DNA of 63,893 nt, filler included, from Candidatus Desantisbacteria bacterium CG1_02_49_89 (GCA_001871075.1; 3 parts of 3 records of this genome joined end to end with filler, not necessarily neighbours in it); one strand, 5' to 3'. Positions 51,411 to 62,143 are shown, counted from the whole stretch's first letter. Numbers and translations are program-made. Notes: generated by a model from the letters alone, not told the origin.

Positions 51411-52112
51411 CTAAACTTGTATTTTTATCAGTTCAATGTCCGCGAACATTTTTTTCTGCACGGCCCTGATGATCTTCTCGAGTATCAGCTCAAGCAGCGC
51501 GAGGAATGAAACTATTATTTCGATCCTTGAATGCGAGGTCTTGAAAATATCGGTGAATTTTATCACCGGGTTTACCGCAAGCATTCTGGATATTTCCTCC
51601 ATCTTCTGTTCCACGGTCACGGTGTCCCGCGCGATCTCGGTGAATTCCTGTCTTTTTGCCACGTCGGTAAGCACGGTCTTGAAAGCCGCGACAAGGTCAA
51701 ACAGGCTTGCCTCAACGTATTCTTCCTCTTTCAGGCCTTCCGGGACCGGCCGGGGGAACATCTGGCTGGCTATGACCGCTTTTTCTTTTAATCCCTCCGC
51801 GACCTGCTTGTATTTTTCGTATTCCTGCACCTGCTTTTCAAGGGATTCCTGCAGCTGCTGTTCCTCCGCCTCCAGCACGGGCTCCTTGGGGAGCAGCGCC
51901 TTGGATTTCAGGTACACCAGGCTTGCCGCGATAACCATGAACTCGAGCGCCTCTTCCACGTCAAGTGTATTTACCGCCGAAAGGTGTTCGAGGTACTGGG
52001 ATGTGATCTTCGCGATCCATACCTCGTAAATATCCACTTCGTTCTTCTTGACGAGCTCGAAAAGCAGCTCTATCGGCCCTTCAAATCCGTTCGCTTTTAC
52101 GTTCAGTGCCAT
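51411..52112 (-). CDS. scpA: Segregation and condensation protein A
   Basis: FEGP..LL, I..IT.QY, A..L..LKS..LLP, FLALLEL. Confidence 0.95.
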   Translation of the reverse strand: MALNVKANGFEGPIELLFELVKKNEVDIYEVWIAKITSQYLEHLSAVNTLDVEEALEFMVIAASLVYLKSKALLPKEPVLEAEEQQLQESLEKQVQEYEKYKQVAEGLKEKAVIASQMFPRPVPEGLKEEEYVEASLFDLVAAFKTVLTDVAKRQEFTEIARDTVTVEQKMEEISRMLAVNPVIKFTDIFKTSHSRIEIIVSFLALLELILEKIIRAVQKKMFADIELIKIQV

Positions 52113-52231
52113 CTTTTCTCCAGAAAATCAATTATGAATTATGAATGCTGAGTTATGAATCAACAGCAAGGATTTTAATTTAAATTAACTCCTTGATTCA
52201 TAATTCATAACTCATAATTCATAACTATCTG

Positions 52232-53227
52232 TTACGCTATTTTCATTGCCTGCCGCACTTCGTCCATTGTCGCGCGCGCCATTTTGCCGGCCTTTACAGC
52301 CCCTTCGTTAAGTATATCCCTGACCTTGTCCCTTGTCCAGTGCTTCTGTTTTTCCTGTATGGGAGCGAGGAATTTTTCAACGTAACCCGCGAGCCTTTTC
52401 TTGCAGTCCGTGCAGCCTATCCTGCTTGCCGCGCAATCGCCCCGCAGCGCCGCGGGCGCATCCTTCGGCCCGAAAAGTGTGCAATAAGTAAAAACGTTGC
52501 ACAAATGCGGATGCCCCGGGTCGCTGAGCTTTATCCTTGCGGGGTCAGTGAACATTCCCTGCACCTTCTTCGCTGTTTCCTGCGGAGTTTCGTCAAGGCT
52601 GATGTAGTTATCGTATGATTTACCCATTTTTTTCTGGCCGTCAAGCCCAAGCAGCTTTGAGGTCGGGGCTAGCAGGCCCTGGGGTTCGGGAAAAACTTCC
52701 CCGTAAAAATAATTGAACCGCCTGGCGATCTCGCGCGTGAGCTCAAGGTGGGGAAGCTGGTCCTCACCCACGGGCACCGCGTTGGCCTTGTACATCATTA
52801 TGTCCGCTGCCTGCAGCACCGGGTACCCGAGCAGGCCGTAGGAAATGTCCGCCTTGCCTATGTGCATGTCCCTGACCTTTTCCTTGAATGTGGTGCACCT
52901 TTCAAGCCACGGAACAGGCACAAGCATTGACAGAAGCAGGTAAAGCTCGCTGTGCTCGCGCAGCTCCGACTGCACGAAAACCGTGCTCTTCGCGGGGTCT
53001 ATGCCGGCAGCGAGCCAGTCCCTTACTATGTAATAAATATTGTCCTGGTAATCCTTTGTGTCAAGGTGGTCTGTGAGAGCGTGCCAGTTCGCGACCATAT
53101 AATAGCACTCATATTCGTCCTGCAGTTTAACCCAGTTCTCAAGCGCACCCAGAAGGTGGCCGAGATGCAGCCTGCCTGTAGGCCTCATACCGCTCAATAT
53201 CCTTTTTTTACCTGTTTCTTGCTTCAT
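52232..53227 (-). CDS. trpS: Tryptophanyl-tRNA synthetase
   Basis: SGMRPTG.LHLGH, YPVLQAADI, VPVGEDQ, KMGKS. Confidence 0.97.
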   Translation of the reverse strand: MKQETGKKRILSGMRPTGRLHLGHLLGALENWVKLQDEYECYYMVANWHALTDHLDTKDYQDNIYYIVRDWLAAGIDPAKSTVFVQSELREHSELYLLLSMLVPVPWLERCTTFKEKVRDMHIGKADISYGLLGYPVLQAADIMMYKANAVPVGEDQLPHLELTREIARRFNYFYGEVFPEPQGLLAPTSKLLGLDGQKKMGKSYDNYISLDETPQETAKKVQGMFTDPARIKLSDPGHPHLCNVFTYCTLFGPKDAPAALRGDCAASRIGCTDCKKRLAGYVEKFLAPIQEKQKHWTRDKVRDILNEGAVKAGKMARATMDEVRQAMKIA

Positions 53228-53835
53228 AAAGGGACTCCTATCAGCCTGGCAAGAATTGTTATTATCGGCACGATCAACATGGAAAAAAATCCGCTCATTA
53301 GCAGCAGCAGTATAAAGAACATCCCGAATGGCTCAAGCCTGCTGTAAAGAACAGCGAGCGGCATCGGAAGCAGGCCTATGAGTATCTTGGAACCGTCCAG
53401 CGGTGGTATCGGTATAAGGTTAAACACGGCAAGCACAAGGTTTATCCCTGCCAGGTTTATGAGAAAAATGTAAAGCAGCGAATCCGGGTTTATGATCCCG
53501 ATCCTCAGCAGGAGAACCGAGATCAGGGCGAGAATGATATTCACGCCCGGCCCTGCCAGAGAAACCCATATCATATCCCTTTTCGGGTGGCGCAATGCCT
53601 GGAAGTTGACGGGAACGGGCTTTGCCCAGCCGATAATGAACCTGGATTTGAAAAAAAGCAGGGCAAGCGGAAGTATCACAGACCCGATAGGGTCAATGTG
53701 CGCGAGAGGATTGAGTGTTATCCTTCCCATAAGCCTTGCAGTGGGGTCACCGCACTTCTCAGCGACCCAGCCGTGCGCGACTTCGTGCAGGATCACCGCT
53801 ATCCCAAGAGCGATCAGCTGAAGAACTATAGTCAC
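53224..53835 (-). CDS. Site-2 protease family (M50) peptidase
   Basis: HEVAH, GR.TLNPLAHIDP, AGP, FNLIPIPPLDG. Confidence 0.94.
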   Translation of the reverse strand: MTIVLQLIALGIAVILHEVAHGWVAEKCGDPTARLMGRITLNPLAHIDPIGSVILPLALLFFKSRFIIGWAKPVPVNFQALRHPKRDMIWVSLAGPGVNIILALISVLLLRIGIINPDSLLYIFLINLAGINLVLAVFNLIPIPPLDGSKILIGLLPMPLAVLYSRLEPFGMFFILLLLMSGFFSMLIVPIITILARLIGVPL

Positions 53836-54014
53836 AATACCTCCCCATAACTACAGTGACAAGTGATCCCCCTGCTTTTTCATGAAAGCAAGAAGGGGGA
53901 CTCACTTTAAGTGGCAAGTAACAAGTGACAAGTTTATTTGCTGGATGCTAAATGCTGGATACTGAAAGATAAATGTAATAATCTGTGTGAATCTGTGTGA
54001 ATCTGTGTCTAAGT

Positions 54015-54779
54015 TTACGGGATTGTCGGGAGAGAACGCTTGAAGGCGTTCTTTTTTATCCTGTCCCTGATATTCTTTATGAAATCCCGGCTGAAACCCA
54101 TAGCTTTAAGCTGGCCCGGCATTTTCTTACGGTCGATCATATTGAAAAGCAGTCTGTCTGCGTCTTTATACCTGAACCCCAGCTCTCCCTCATCTGTCTG
54201 GCCCTGCCACAGGTCCGCTGTCGGCGGTTTTTTAATGATCTCTTCCGGGACTCCCAGGTATTTTGCGACCTGCCAGACCTGGGTTTTGTATAAGCAGCCA
54301 AGCGGCATTATCGCGCACGCGAGATCCCCGTGCGCCGTACCGTAACCAAGAAGCAGCTCTGTCCTGTTGCTGGAACCGATTACAAGCGCCCTGTATTTCG
54401 CGGAAAGGTCATAAAGAACAGACATCCTTTCACGCGCCATTTTATTCCCGACACGCACCCTTGACGCATCCTTGAATTTTCTAAAATACGCGTCTATCTG
54501 CGCGGTTATGTCAACATTCAGAGCGTTGATGCCCAGTTTTCTAATAACAAGTCCCGCGTGCTTTATAGATTCTTTTGAATTTGACCTGTGCGGTATGGTC
54601 ACTCCCCACACGTTTTTAGGACTCAGGGCTTTTGCCGCGAGGAATGCAACTACGGCAGAATCCACGCCGCCTGAGATCCCCAGTATCGCGCGGCTGAACC
54701 CCCTTTCACGCGCCTCTTGCTTTATGAATCCCGCAAGGCGCCTGCTTGCTTTCCCCGGATCGATCTTCAAATCCTTCAT
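54015..54779 (-). CDS. nadE: NH3-dependent NAD+ synthetase
   Basis: GISGGVDS, GNKMARERM, GY.T.HGD, PTADLW.GQTDE. Confidence 0.95.
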   Translation of the reverse strand: MKDLKIDPGKASRRLAGFIKQEARERGFSRAILGISGGVDSAVVAFLAAKALSPKNVWGVTIPHRSNSKESIKHAGLVIRKLGINALNVDITAQIDAYFRKFKDASRVRVGNKMARERMSVLYDLSAKYRALVIGSSNRTELLLGYGTAHGDLACAIMPLGCLYKTQVWQVAKYLGVPEEIIKKPPTADLWQGQTDEGELGFRYKDADRLLFNMIDRKKMPGQLKAMGFSRDFIKNIRDRIKKNAFKRSLPTIP

Positions 54780-54816
54780 TTTACCTCATTGCGTATTAAT
54801 TCAGCCACGGATGCCC

Positions 54817-54892
54817 CCCTGCAGCTCCGATGAAACTGGAGCTATAACTCAGGGACCTTCGGGTCAGGACCAAGTTAATGACCCTACGGCAC
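54817..54892 (+). repeat. 76-bp multi-hairpin element, family D (inverted copy at 59364-59438)
   Basis: Near-identical copies with a compensatory stem change. Confidence 0.8.
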
Positions 54893-54963
54893 GGATTAAT
54901 CCTAAGAATTATTCCTTGCTTTTGCTCTGACACGTTGATACGCTGATACGTTGACACGTTTAT

Positions 54964-56142
54964 TTAAGCCACTCTTCTTTTCAGGACAAGCGAACCCAGC
55001 AGCATCATGAGAAAAGCGAAAAGTATAAGCATAACGAATTCAAAACCTATCTGCCCCAGCCCGAAACCCTTTATCATCACCCCTTCTATCGCAGAACTGG
55101 CGTAAGTAAGGGGCATAATATATGATAAAGGTTTTAAGTATCCCGGCAGGTCCCTTATCGGCCATATCAAGCCGGACAGAAAAACCTGGGGCACAATGAC
55201 GATCGGTATGAACTGCACTGCCTGTAGTTCGTTCTTCGCGAAGAAAGAAAGAAGTATGCCCATATTGACCGCGCCAACTGCGAAAATCGCGTTAAGGGCA
55301 AAAAGCAGGTAGATGCTTCCCATATAATTGATCTTCAGGACGTAAAGCGTGAAAAACAGGACCAGGGCTGACTGGGCAAGCGCGAAGATGCTGAATCCCA
55401 GCGAATAACCCAGGATGAGCTCCATCTTTGTCAGCGGCGAGGCAAACAGCCGCTCCATCGTGCCGTACGCCCTCTCCCTTAAAAAGGAGATTATGGTCAG
55501 CAGGAAAGTAAGAAAGAACACGAAGAACGCGATGAACACCGGCGAAAAGTAATCTATATTCGTGAATTTTTTTCCGCCGTAAACGTACCTTGTGTCGATC
55601 TCAACCTTCAGGTTCGTTTCAAGCGGGGTGCCCTGTATCAGCAGGCCCGGTATTGTTTTAGAGAAGAATTTTTCAAACTGGTTCTCAAGGACGACTTTCT
55701 TGGAATAGCTGGTGCCTTCTATGACAAGGCCGAACCTTATTCCCTTTCCGTCAATGATGTTCCCGGAAAAATCCTCAGCGAACAGGAGCAGGCCGTCAAG
55801 CCTGTTTTCCCTGATGACCTTTTCCGTGTCCCCGCCCGCAAGCTCGATGATATCAAAACCGCCGTTCTCCTTCAATCCCTCAACGAATTTCTGGCCCACG
55901 TTTATTTTTACTTTCTTTATGACAGGTATGGGCGGAAAGGTCCTGGGCGGTTCCACAATGGTTCTTTCCGCTCCTTTGTCGCTGTTAATGACCCCTACTC
56001 TGATATTGGCTGATTCTGTCTTGAAAAGTATCCCGAATAGCGTGAAGACGACTATCGGGACAATAAAAACAAGCGCGAGCGTGCGCTTGTCCCGCAGGAA
56101 CTGCCGTATTATCCTTAAAGCCATTGCAGCGATCCTGTTCAC
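54964..56142 (-). CDS. ABC-2 type transporter permease
   Basis: RD.RTL, RER..GT.ERL..SP, PQ.FLSG, six TM segments. Confidence 0.92.
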   Translation of the reverse strand: MNRIAAMALRIIRQFLRDKRTLALVFIVPIVVFTLFGILFKTESANIRVGVINSDKGAERTIVEPPRTFPPIPVIKKVKINVGQKFVEGLKENGGFDIIELAGGDTEKVIRENRLDGLLLFAEDFSGNIIDGKGIRFGLVIEGTSYSKKVVLENQFEKFFSKTIPGLLIQGTPLETNLKVEIDTRYVYGGKKFTNIDYFSPVFIAFFVFFLTFLLTIISFLRERAYGTMERLFASPLTKMELILGYSLGFSIFALAQSALVLFFTLYVLKINYMGSIYLLFALNAIFAVGAVNMGILLSFFAKNELQAVQFIPIVIVPQVFLSGLIWPIRDLPGYLKPLSYIMPLTYASSAIEGVMIKGFGLGQIGFEFVMLILFAFLMMLLGSLVLKRRVA

Positions 56143-56234
56143 TTGTATGCTTCTCTCTTTTTCCCTATTCTTCTTCCCCCCTTAAAATTTCCTTGTTCTC
56201 CTCCCCCCTTGTGGGGGAGGATTAAGGTGAGGGG

Positions 56235-56951
56235 TTATTTTCCCGATGTCCTTATCAGCTCCAAAAACGCCTCTTCCAGGGTCTCTTTTCCTGTCATTGA
56301 CCTTATCTCGCCTGGCCTGCCCTCCGTGAGCAGCTTGCCTTCCCTGAGGAAACCAAGCCTCGCGCACTTCTCCGCCTCGTCCATCTGGTGGCTGGATATA
56401 AGTATTGTCACGCCTTCTTTTGCCAGGCGGTTGAAGTAATCCCAGAATGAAACCCTTAAAGCCGGGTCAATCCCGACAGTGGGCTCGTCCAGCAAAAGCA
56501 GCTTCGGGCTGTGCGCCAGGGCGCACGCGAGAGACACCCTTTTCTTCGTGCCGCCGCTAAGGTTCCCGACAAGCTCGTCCGCTTTATCAGACAGCTCAAG
56601 CAGGTCAAGAAGCTCTGTTATTTTCTTTTTCAGTGCGTTCCTCTCAACGCCGTAAAGCGCGCCGAAAAACGATATGTTCTCCCTTACTGTAAGATCTATA
56701 TACAGGGACTCGCTCTGGTTCATGTACCCGATCTGAGCGGCTTTCTTGAAGGGATTAGCGCTTCCCATAACACTGATCGTTCCCGATGTAGGAAGGAGCA
56801 CACCGACTATAATGCGGATAAGGGTTGTCTTGCCTGAACCGTTAGGCCCCAGCAGTCCGTAGAGCTCACCCTCTTTTATCTCAAGGTTCAGCCCGTCCAG
56901 CGCCTTCACGCCGCCAAAATTCTTTTTAAGGTTCTCAGTTTTTATAACCAT
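56235..56951 (-). CDS. ABC transporter ATP-binding protein
   Basis: GPNGSGKTT, LSGG, LLLDEPT.G.DP, SH. ATG 56951 preferred because the upstream sequence is repeat. Confidence 0.95.
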   Translation of the reverse strand: MVIKTENLKKNFGGVKALDGLNLEIKEGELYGLLGPNGSGKTTLIRIIVGVLLPTSGTISVMGSANPFKKAAQIGYMNQSESLYIDLTVRENISFFGALYGVERNALKKKITELLDLLELSDKADELVGNLSGGTKKRVSLACALAHSPKLLLLDEPTVGIDPALRVSFWDYFNRLAKEGVTILISSHQMDEAEKCARLGFLREGKLLTEGRPGEIRSMTGKETLEEAFLELIRTSGK

Positions 56952-57157
56952 ACAAGATTTCCACGAAATCACTCCGCCCGTCTTTCAGCGGGCGAGACTT
57001 CGCCCACCTGAAAGGATGGGCGAGGAAAGCACGAAAAGATTCAGCCACGGATTTCCACGGATTTCAACTTTGTATATAAACTTGTGTACTTGTAAGCTAT
57101 ATTTAAATTTCAACTTTTAAAATTTACAATTTGAAATTTGCAATTTGCAATGTTTTC

Positions 57158-58336
57158 TTATAACCACAAATTCCTATCAAGGCTGCGGTACTGTATCGCC
57201 TCGGAAATGTGCTGCTCTTCTATGCCGCTCTTGCCTTCCAGGTCCGCTATCGTGCGGCTCACCTTCAGGATCCTGTCATAAGCGCGCGCGCTCAGCCCCA
57301 GCTGCTGTATCGCTGATTTGAGAAGCTCCATGCCTGCTGCTTCAAGCCTGCAGAATTCCCTGACGTCTTTCGTGCCCATCCGCGCGTTGCAGTAGATCTT
57401 CCTTCCCTTAAATCGCTCTTCCTGGATCCTGCGCGCCTTCTCCACCCTTGCCCTTATGTCCTTTGAACTTTCTGAGGAAGTATTGTCAGCCATATCCCTG
57501 TATTCAAGCGAAGGCGCTTCTATGTGGATGTCGATCCTGTCCAGCAAGGGACCGGATATCCTTGAAAGATATTTCTGGATCTGGTGGGGCGTGCATGAAC
57601 ACTCCCTTGACGGGTGCGTGAAATAACCGCACGGGCAGGGATTCATCGCCGCGACCAGCATGAACCTTGCCGGATACGTCAGGGAGGTAAGCGCCCTTGA
57701 TATCGTGACATTGCCGTCTTCAAGCGGCTGGCGCAAAGCTTCAAGCACGTTCCTGTGGAATTCAGGAAGCTCGTCAAGGAACAGCACCCCGTTATGCGCA
57801 AGGCTCACCTCGCCGGGCTTCGGGATCCTTCCTCCCCCGACCAGGGCAACGTCCGAGACCGTGTGGTGCGGAGCCCTGAAAGGCCGGGTCGCGATCATAG
57901 CTTTTTCTGAAGGCACAAGCCCCACTATGCTGTGCAGCTTTGTCGTTTCGATCGCCTCGTCAAGCACCATAGAAGGAAGGATAGTGGAAAGCCTGCGGGC
58001 AAGCATTGTTTTGCCTGAACCCGGCGGCCCTACCATAATACAGTTGTGCCCGCCTGCTGCCGCGACCTCAAGGGCGCGCTTTACGTGATACTGGCCTTTC
58101 ACGTCGCTGAAATCCACTTCGTATTCGGAAGCTTCCTTCCACGCCTCCTTTATGTTATATGAATAAGGCTGTATCGTTGACTTCGCGCTGAGGAATTCGC
58201 ATGTTTTATTCAGGTTGTCAACCGCGAACACGTCAAGATCTTCCACAATGGCCGCTTCTTTCGCGTTCTCCGAAGGTATTACAAGCGACTTTTTGGCTTT
58301 CTTGCCTGCGATGGCTATGGGCAGGGTTCCGTTTAT
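57158..58336 (-). CDS. comM: YifB/ComM family Mg-chelatase-like AAA+ ATPase, 5'-truncated by the gap
   Basis: [42 protein letters not shown]. The frame stays open up to the gap ([10 protein letters not shown]..). Confidence 0.93.
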   Translation of the reverse strand: MNGTLPIAIAGKKAKKSLVIPSENAKEAAIVEDLDVFAVDNLNKTCEFLSAKSTIQPYSYNIKEAWKEASEYEVDFSDVKGQYHVKRALEVAAAGGHNCIMVGPPGSGKTMLARRLSTILPSMVLDEAIETTKLHSIVGLVPSEKAMIATRPFRAPHHTVSDVALVGGGRIPKPGEVSLAHNGVLFLDELPEFHRNVLEALRQPLEDGNVTISRALTSLTYPARFMLVAAMNPCPCGYFTHPSRECSCTPHQIQKYLSRISGPLLDRIDIHIEAPSLEYRDMADNTSSESSKDIRARVEKARRIQEERFKGRKIYCNARMGTKDVREFCRLEAAGMELLKSAIQQLGLSARAYDRILKVSRTIADLEGKSGIEEQHISEAIQYRSLDRNLWL

Positions 58337-58436
58337 NNNNNNNNNNNNNNNNNNNNNNNNNNNNNNNNNNNNNNNNNNNNTTAATTAATTAANNNNNNNN
58401 NNNNNNNNNNNNNNNNNNNNNNNNNNNNNNNNNNNN
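58337..58436. other. Artificial contig linker
   Basis: N-run + TTAATTAATTAA + N-run. Confidence 0.97.
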
Positions 58437-58625
58437 GGGGGGTGGGTACTCTCGAAGGCAGAATCTGGAAGGTAGGTCGATTTCCGGAGCAAGAAGTAAC
58501 CGTGTGTCTTATCCCCAACAAAAAGATTATTGTGTTAAAAGATGAGCAGAAAATCGGGGAATATCATTTATGAGAAAGTATACTTTTAAGGTTCCCAAAA
58601 GTATACTTTTGAATGTTGCGGAACA
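58437..58625 (+). mobile_element. Probable right end of an IS (IS481/ISNCY-like): transposase C-terminus plus terminal repeat
   Basis: ORF tail ..WKVGRFPEQEVTVCLIPNKKIIVLKDEQKIGEYHL* (58439-58573), then two copies of AAAGTATACTTTT and an end reading ..GAACA. Lies at a contig edge. Confidence 0.5.
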
Positions 58626-58713
58626 GGAAAAAACATACCTTTAAACTTAGAGACGCAGACCCCGGCAGCTTAATCCCGATTTATCGGGATTAGCAGGGGT
58701 CAAGTATCATAAT

Positions 58714-58751
58714 AAAAAAAAGCCCGGCTGCACTTCGCGCAAACGGGCTTT
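58714..58751 (-). terminator. Probable intrinsic terminator
   Basis: AAGCCCG...CGGGCTT stem with a T-run on the minus strand, downstream of the 58803-59312 gene. Confidence 0.5.
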
Positions 58752-58802
58752 GTTTATGTTTACATGCCTGGTAGCCGGCTCTCCTGCAGGATTTCGTGTT
58801 AC

Positions 58803-59312
58803 TCAATTATGCTTTTTCATGGAAGGCGTTTCTCCGAACGTGTTTTTCATCTTTTTGCCGGGCGCCGGGCCCTTGCCCATCATTTCTTCTCTCATTTTCT
58901 TCATCTCTTCCTGCGCTTTCTTCATAGCTTCCATGTCTATTTTGATCTCGGCTTCGCCCTTGAGCTTCAGGTCCTTGTCATATTTATACATTTTGTTTCC
59001 TATTATAAGGACCACGCCGGCGTCAGAGGTGGCGACCATTTCCCTGCCCCCCATCATAGGCCCTGCGGCGCTCATGCGGTTCTGCTGCATTCCCTGCGCC
59101 ATCCTGCCCTGCATCATCTGTTTTTGCATCTGGCCCATCTTCTGGCCCTGCATCTCCGCGCCCTGCATTCCCATCCTGGGATGCATCATTCCCTTTTCCA
59201 CCATTCCTCTGCCTTTGCACATCGGGCAGGTGTCCATATCGCCCATCTGCGCGTAAGCGCCTGCGCCTAACATTATTGCCGCGCCGATCACAAGAATCAA
59301 AATCTTCTTCAT
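58803..59312 (-). CDS. Secreted Met/Gln/Gly-rich hypothetical protein
   Basis: Signal peptide, CPMC motif, very high Met content. Confidence 0.75.
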   Translation of the reverse strand: MKKILILVIGAAIMLGAGAYAQMGDMDTCPMCKGRGMVEKGMMHPRMGMQGAEMQGQKMGQMQKQMMQGRMAQGMQQNRMSAAGPMMGGREMVATSDAGVVLIIGNKMYKYDKDLKLKGEAEIKIDMEAMKKAQEEMKKMREEMMGKGPAPGKKMKNTFGETPSMKKHN

Positions 59313-59568
59313 ATAACCCCCCTTTAGATTCAGAGAGTCAGAGAGTCAAAGTGGTTACTCTCTGTGCCGTAGGGTCATTAACTTGGTTCTGACCCGTAGG
59401 TCCCTGTGTTGAGTTCCAGTTTTATCGGAACTACAGGGAACTCCGTGCCTCTGTGGTTAATTTTTACGCTTCTATATAATTAGACAGGGTATTCTGCGAA
59501 AAACTTGCTGTATATACGCTATTTTAGACAGCCATATATACCGGAAGGTTTAAAGCGGGCAAAGCCGG

Positions 59569-60666
59569 CTATTTTATTTCCTCGATATTATATTTAATTG
59601 AACAGGGGTAGGCCTCGGAAAGGTAATTAAGCATCAGGTAGGGGTCTTTGCCGTGGATCTTCTCAAACAGGTGTTTTCCCTTTTCAACCAGTTTCCTGCC
59701 TGGCGGCAGGCCTTTGGGCAGGACCTTTTCCTTGTCGATCAGGTCAAGGCTGGCCGTGTCGATCGCCGCGATGTCCGATGAGCCCAATATCCCTATATCC
59801 GGCACAAGGCTTGCCGTGGAGAACCCCCAGCAGTCGCAAAACACCGTGATGTTCATAAGGAAATTAATGAAAAGCAGGTTCTCGGGCTTGTATTTTTTCA
59901 GGAACGCGGCGGTCACAAGCGCCATCCCTTTCGAAAAATCCTCGAATCTCCTGCCTTCCATTTTTATAGCGCCTTCCGGGCATATCATTTCGCAGTGCTG
60001 GCAGTACGTGCAGTTGTGCAGGAAGAAGTTGATAATCTTCTTTTCTTTGTCCGGCTGTATCGCGTCAGTCCTGCAGCTTTCCTTGCATTTCAGGCAGAAC
60101 TTGCATTTTGACTTGTCATACTTAAGGCCGCCTTCAAGCGAGTGGAGCTTACCCCGCGTTTCCCCGGGAACAGTGCCCATCGCAATATTTTTCAAAGCCC
60201 CGCCAAACCCGCAGTCACCGTGCCCCTTCACGTGCGAAAGGTCTATGAAGAAATCGCAGTCAACCGCTTCGCCTCCGAATATCGCCTCATCCAGGTGCTT
60301 GAAACCGATCTTTTCCCTGTAGGTATATCTGCCTGATTCCCCGAAGCACGATACGATCGGGCATCCCAGGGTCTGCGGTGTATAGCCGCGCACAACCCCC
60401 GGGCCCGGGTCCCCGTCCATTACCTTTATCTGCTTTGCTCCGGATTCCCGCAGCTCGTCCACAAGCATCCTCACGAAAAAAGGATGGACCGTGGTGTAAC
60501 CAATGCCCCCGCCCAGGTGCATCTTTATACCCACGCTTTTATCCTTCACCCTTTCCGCAAGCGCGAATTTCTTCAGCATACGCTTGAACTTAGCGGGCAG
60601 GGTCTTGTTCCCCTCAAGGGCCTCTATAGCTATATCCGCGAAATAAACTATCGGCGCGTCCGGCAT
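59569..60666 (-). CDS. DUF362 domain iron-sulfur protein
   Basis: IKMHLG, SHVKGH..CGFGGALKN, two CxxCxxCxxxC motifs, CDC, DIGI. Confidence 0.9.
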   Translation of the reverse strand: MPDAPIVYFADIAIEALEGNKTLPAKFKRMLKKFALAERVKDKSVGIKMHLGGGIGYTTVHPFFVRMLVDELRESGAKQIKVMDGDPGPGVVRGYTPQTLGCPIVSCFGESGRYTYREKIGFKHLDEAIFGGEAVDCDFFIDLSHVKGHGDCGFGGALKNIAMGTVPGETRGKLHSLEGGLKYDKSKCKFCLKCKESCRTDAIQPDKEKKIINFFLHNCTYCQHCEMICPEGAIKMEGRRFEDFSKGMALVTAAFLKKYKPENLLFINFLMNITVFCDCWGFSTASLVPDIGILGSSDIAAIDTASLDLIDKEKVLPKGLPPGRKLVEKGKHLFEKIHGKDPYLMLNYLSEAYPCSIKYNIEEIK

Positions 60667-60853
60667 AATTTCTCCATATATTCAATTATGAATTATGAGT
60701 TATGAATGAAGGAATCAGGGCTCCCTCCCAACAAGATTGGCGGGTCTTCGAGAAGCCCTGAGTTATCCGCCCCGATGTCCATCGGGGCGAGACCTCGCCC
60801 CAAAGGGGCGGGCAATAGATTCCTTGCAGTTGCGTTGATACATTGACACGCAT

Positions 60854-61969
60854 TTACGCTGTTTCTTTCAAGGTCAACGCCACTTCTTTCAGCTGTTCTG
60901 AGATCTTTATTTTCTGCGGGCACTTCTCCTCGCATTTTTTGCATTCCTTGCAGAACTCGGCGCTCGCCTTCCTTTCCGTAAGGTGCTTGTAAACGTGCTT
61001 CGCGTGTTCCTTAAGCCCGTACAGCCGGAAAGAGTTCATGGCGGAGAAATTCGCAGGTATGTTCACGCGGTTCGGGCAGGGCATGCAGTATTTGCAGTCC
61101 GTGCAGTAAAGGTCGGCGAGCTTTTTCTTTTCGTCCAGCGCGGCCTGTATGCCTTTAAGTTCTTTTTCAGAAAGCGGCTTTTCGCTTGACGCGACCGCGC
61201 AGTTCTCCTCGACCATTTTGACCGTGTTCATACCCGACATCGCGGTTGAAACGCCCTGGTTCGAAAGCACGAACCTCAGCGCGAGCTCAGCGGTGCTTTT
61301 TGAGCCGCCTGGTATAAGGCCCTGGATCTCGGGTGACGGCGAGCCGAGTTTACCGCCTGCGACAGGGCCCATGACCGCGATGCCAAGCCCGTTATTATGC
61401 GCGTATTCTATAACCTTCTCGTTGACCCTGTCCAGCAGGTTGTACTGCAGGATCATTCCCTCAAGATATCCTTCCTCAAAAAGTTTTATCATATTCTCCG
61501 GGGTGTCATGGCAGGAGATGATCAGGTGCTTCAGGATACCTTCTTTTTTCGCTTTCAGGGCTTCTTTCAGCCAGTTGTTCTCAACCTTTTTGCTCTCTAA
61601 ATACGCGTCCATGCGCACGTCATGCCAGACCGCGTATATGTCAAAATAGCTTAACTGCATCCTTTTAAGCGAAAGCTCCAGTTTCCTGCGCCAGTGGGTA
61701 TCCGTGTAGTTTTTGTCCCACATCGGATTTTTGCTGGACACGATGATCTTGTCCCTGGGGTATTTTTTGAGCGCCTTGCCGCACACGAGCTCGCTTTCCC
61801 CGTATACGAACGCGGTGTCCAGGAAATTCACTCCAAGGTCAAAGGCGCGCTGTATCACCGCGATCGCCTCGTCCTCCAGTATCACGTTCATTATATTCGG
61901 AAGCCTCATCGCCCCGAACCCCAGCGCCGAAATCTTCAAGCCGGTTTTCCCGAAATCCCTGTATTGCAT
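60854..61969 (-). CDS. Aldo/keto reductase with C-terminal 4Fe-4S dicluster
   Basis: SALGFGAMRLP, DTA..YG.SE, CT.C.YCMPCP, C..C..CE.KCPQ. Confidence 0.93.
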   Translation of the reverse strand: MQYRDFGKTGLKISALGFGAMRLPNIMNVILEDEAIAVIQRAFDLGVNFLDTAFVYGESELVCGKALKKYPRDKIIVSSKNPMWDKNYTDTHWRRKLELSLKRMQLSYFDIYAVWHDVRMDAYLESKKVENNWLKEALKAKKEGILKHLIISCHDTPENMIKLFEEGYLEGMILQYNLLDRVNEKVIEYAHNNGLGIAVMGPVAGGKLGSPSPEIQGLIPGGSKSTAELALRFVLSNQGVSTAMSGMNTVKMVEENCAVASSEKPLSEKELKGIQAALDEKKKLADLYCTDCKYCMPCPNRVNIPANFSAMNSFRLYGLKEHAKHVYKHLTERKASAEFCKECKKCEEKCPQKIKISEQLKEVALTLKETA

Positions 61970-62143
61970 CCCGCTCCTTTATTAACTTGACTTGAATGGA
62001 TTTAATATATCATATACCGGATAAAAAGTCAAGTTAAATAATAGTTATGAATTATGAGTCAACGGCAAGGCCTTTGATTTAAATTAAAACTATTGTTTAA
62101 CCATGAGCAATGAGCCGCGTTCAGCTATGAGCTATGAGCATTT

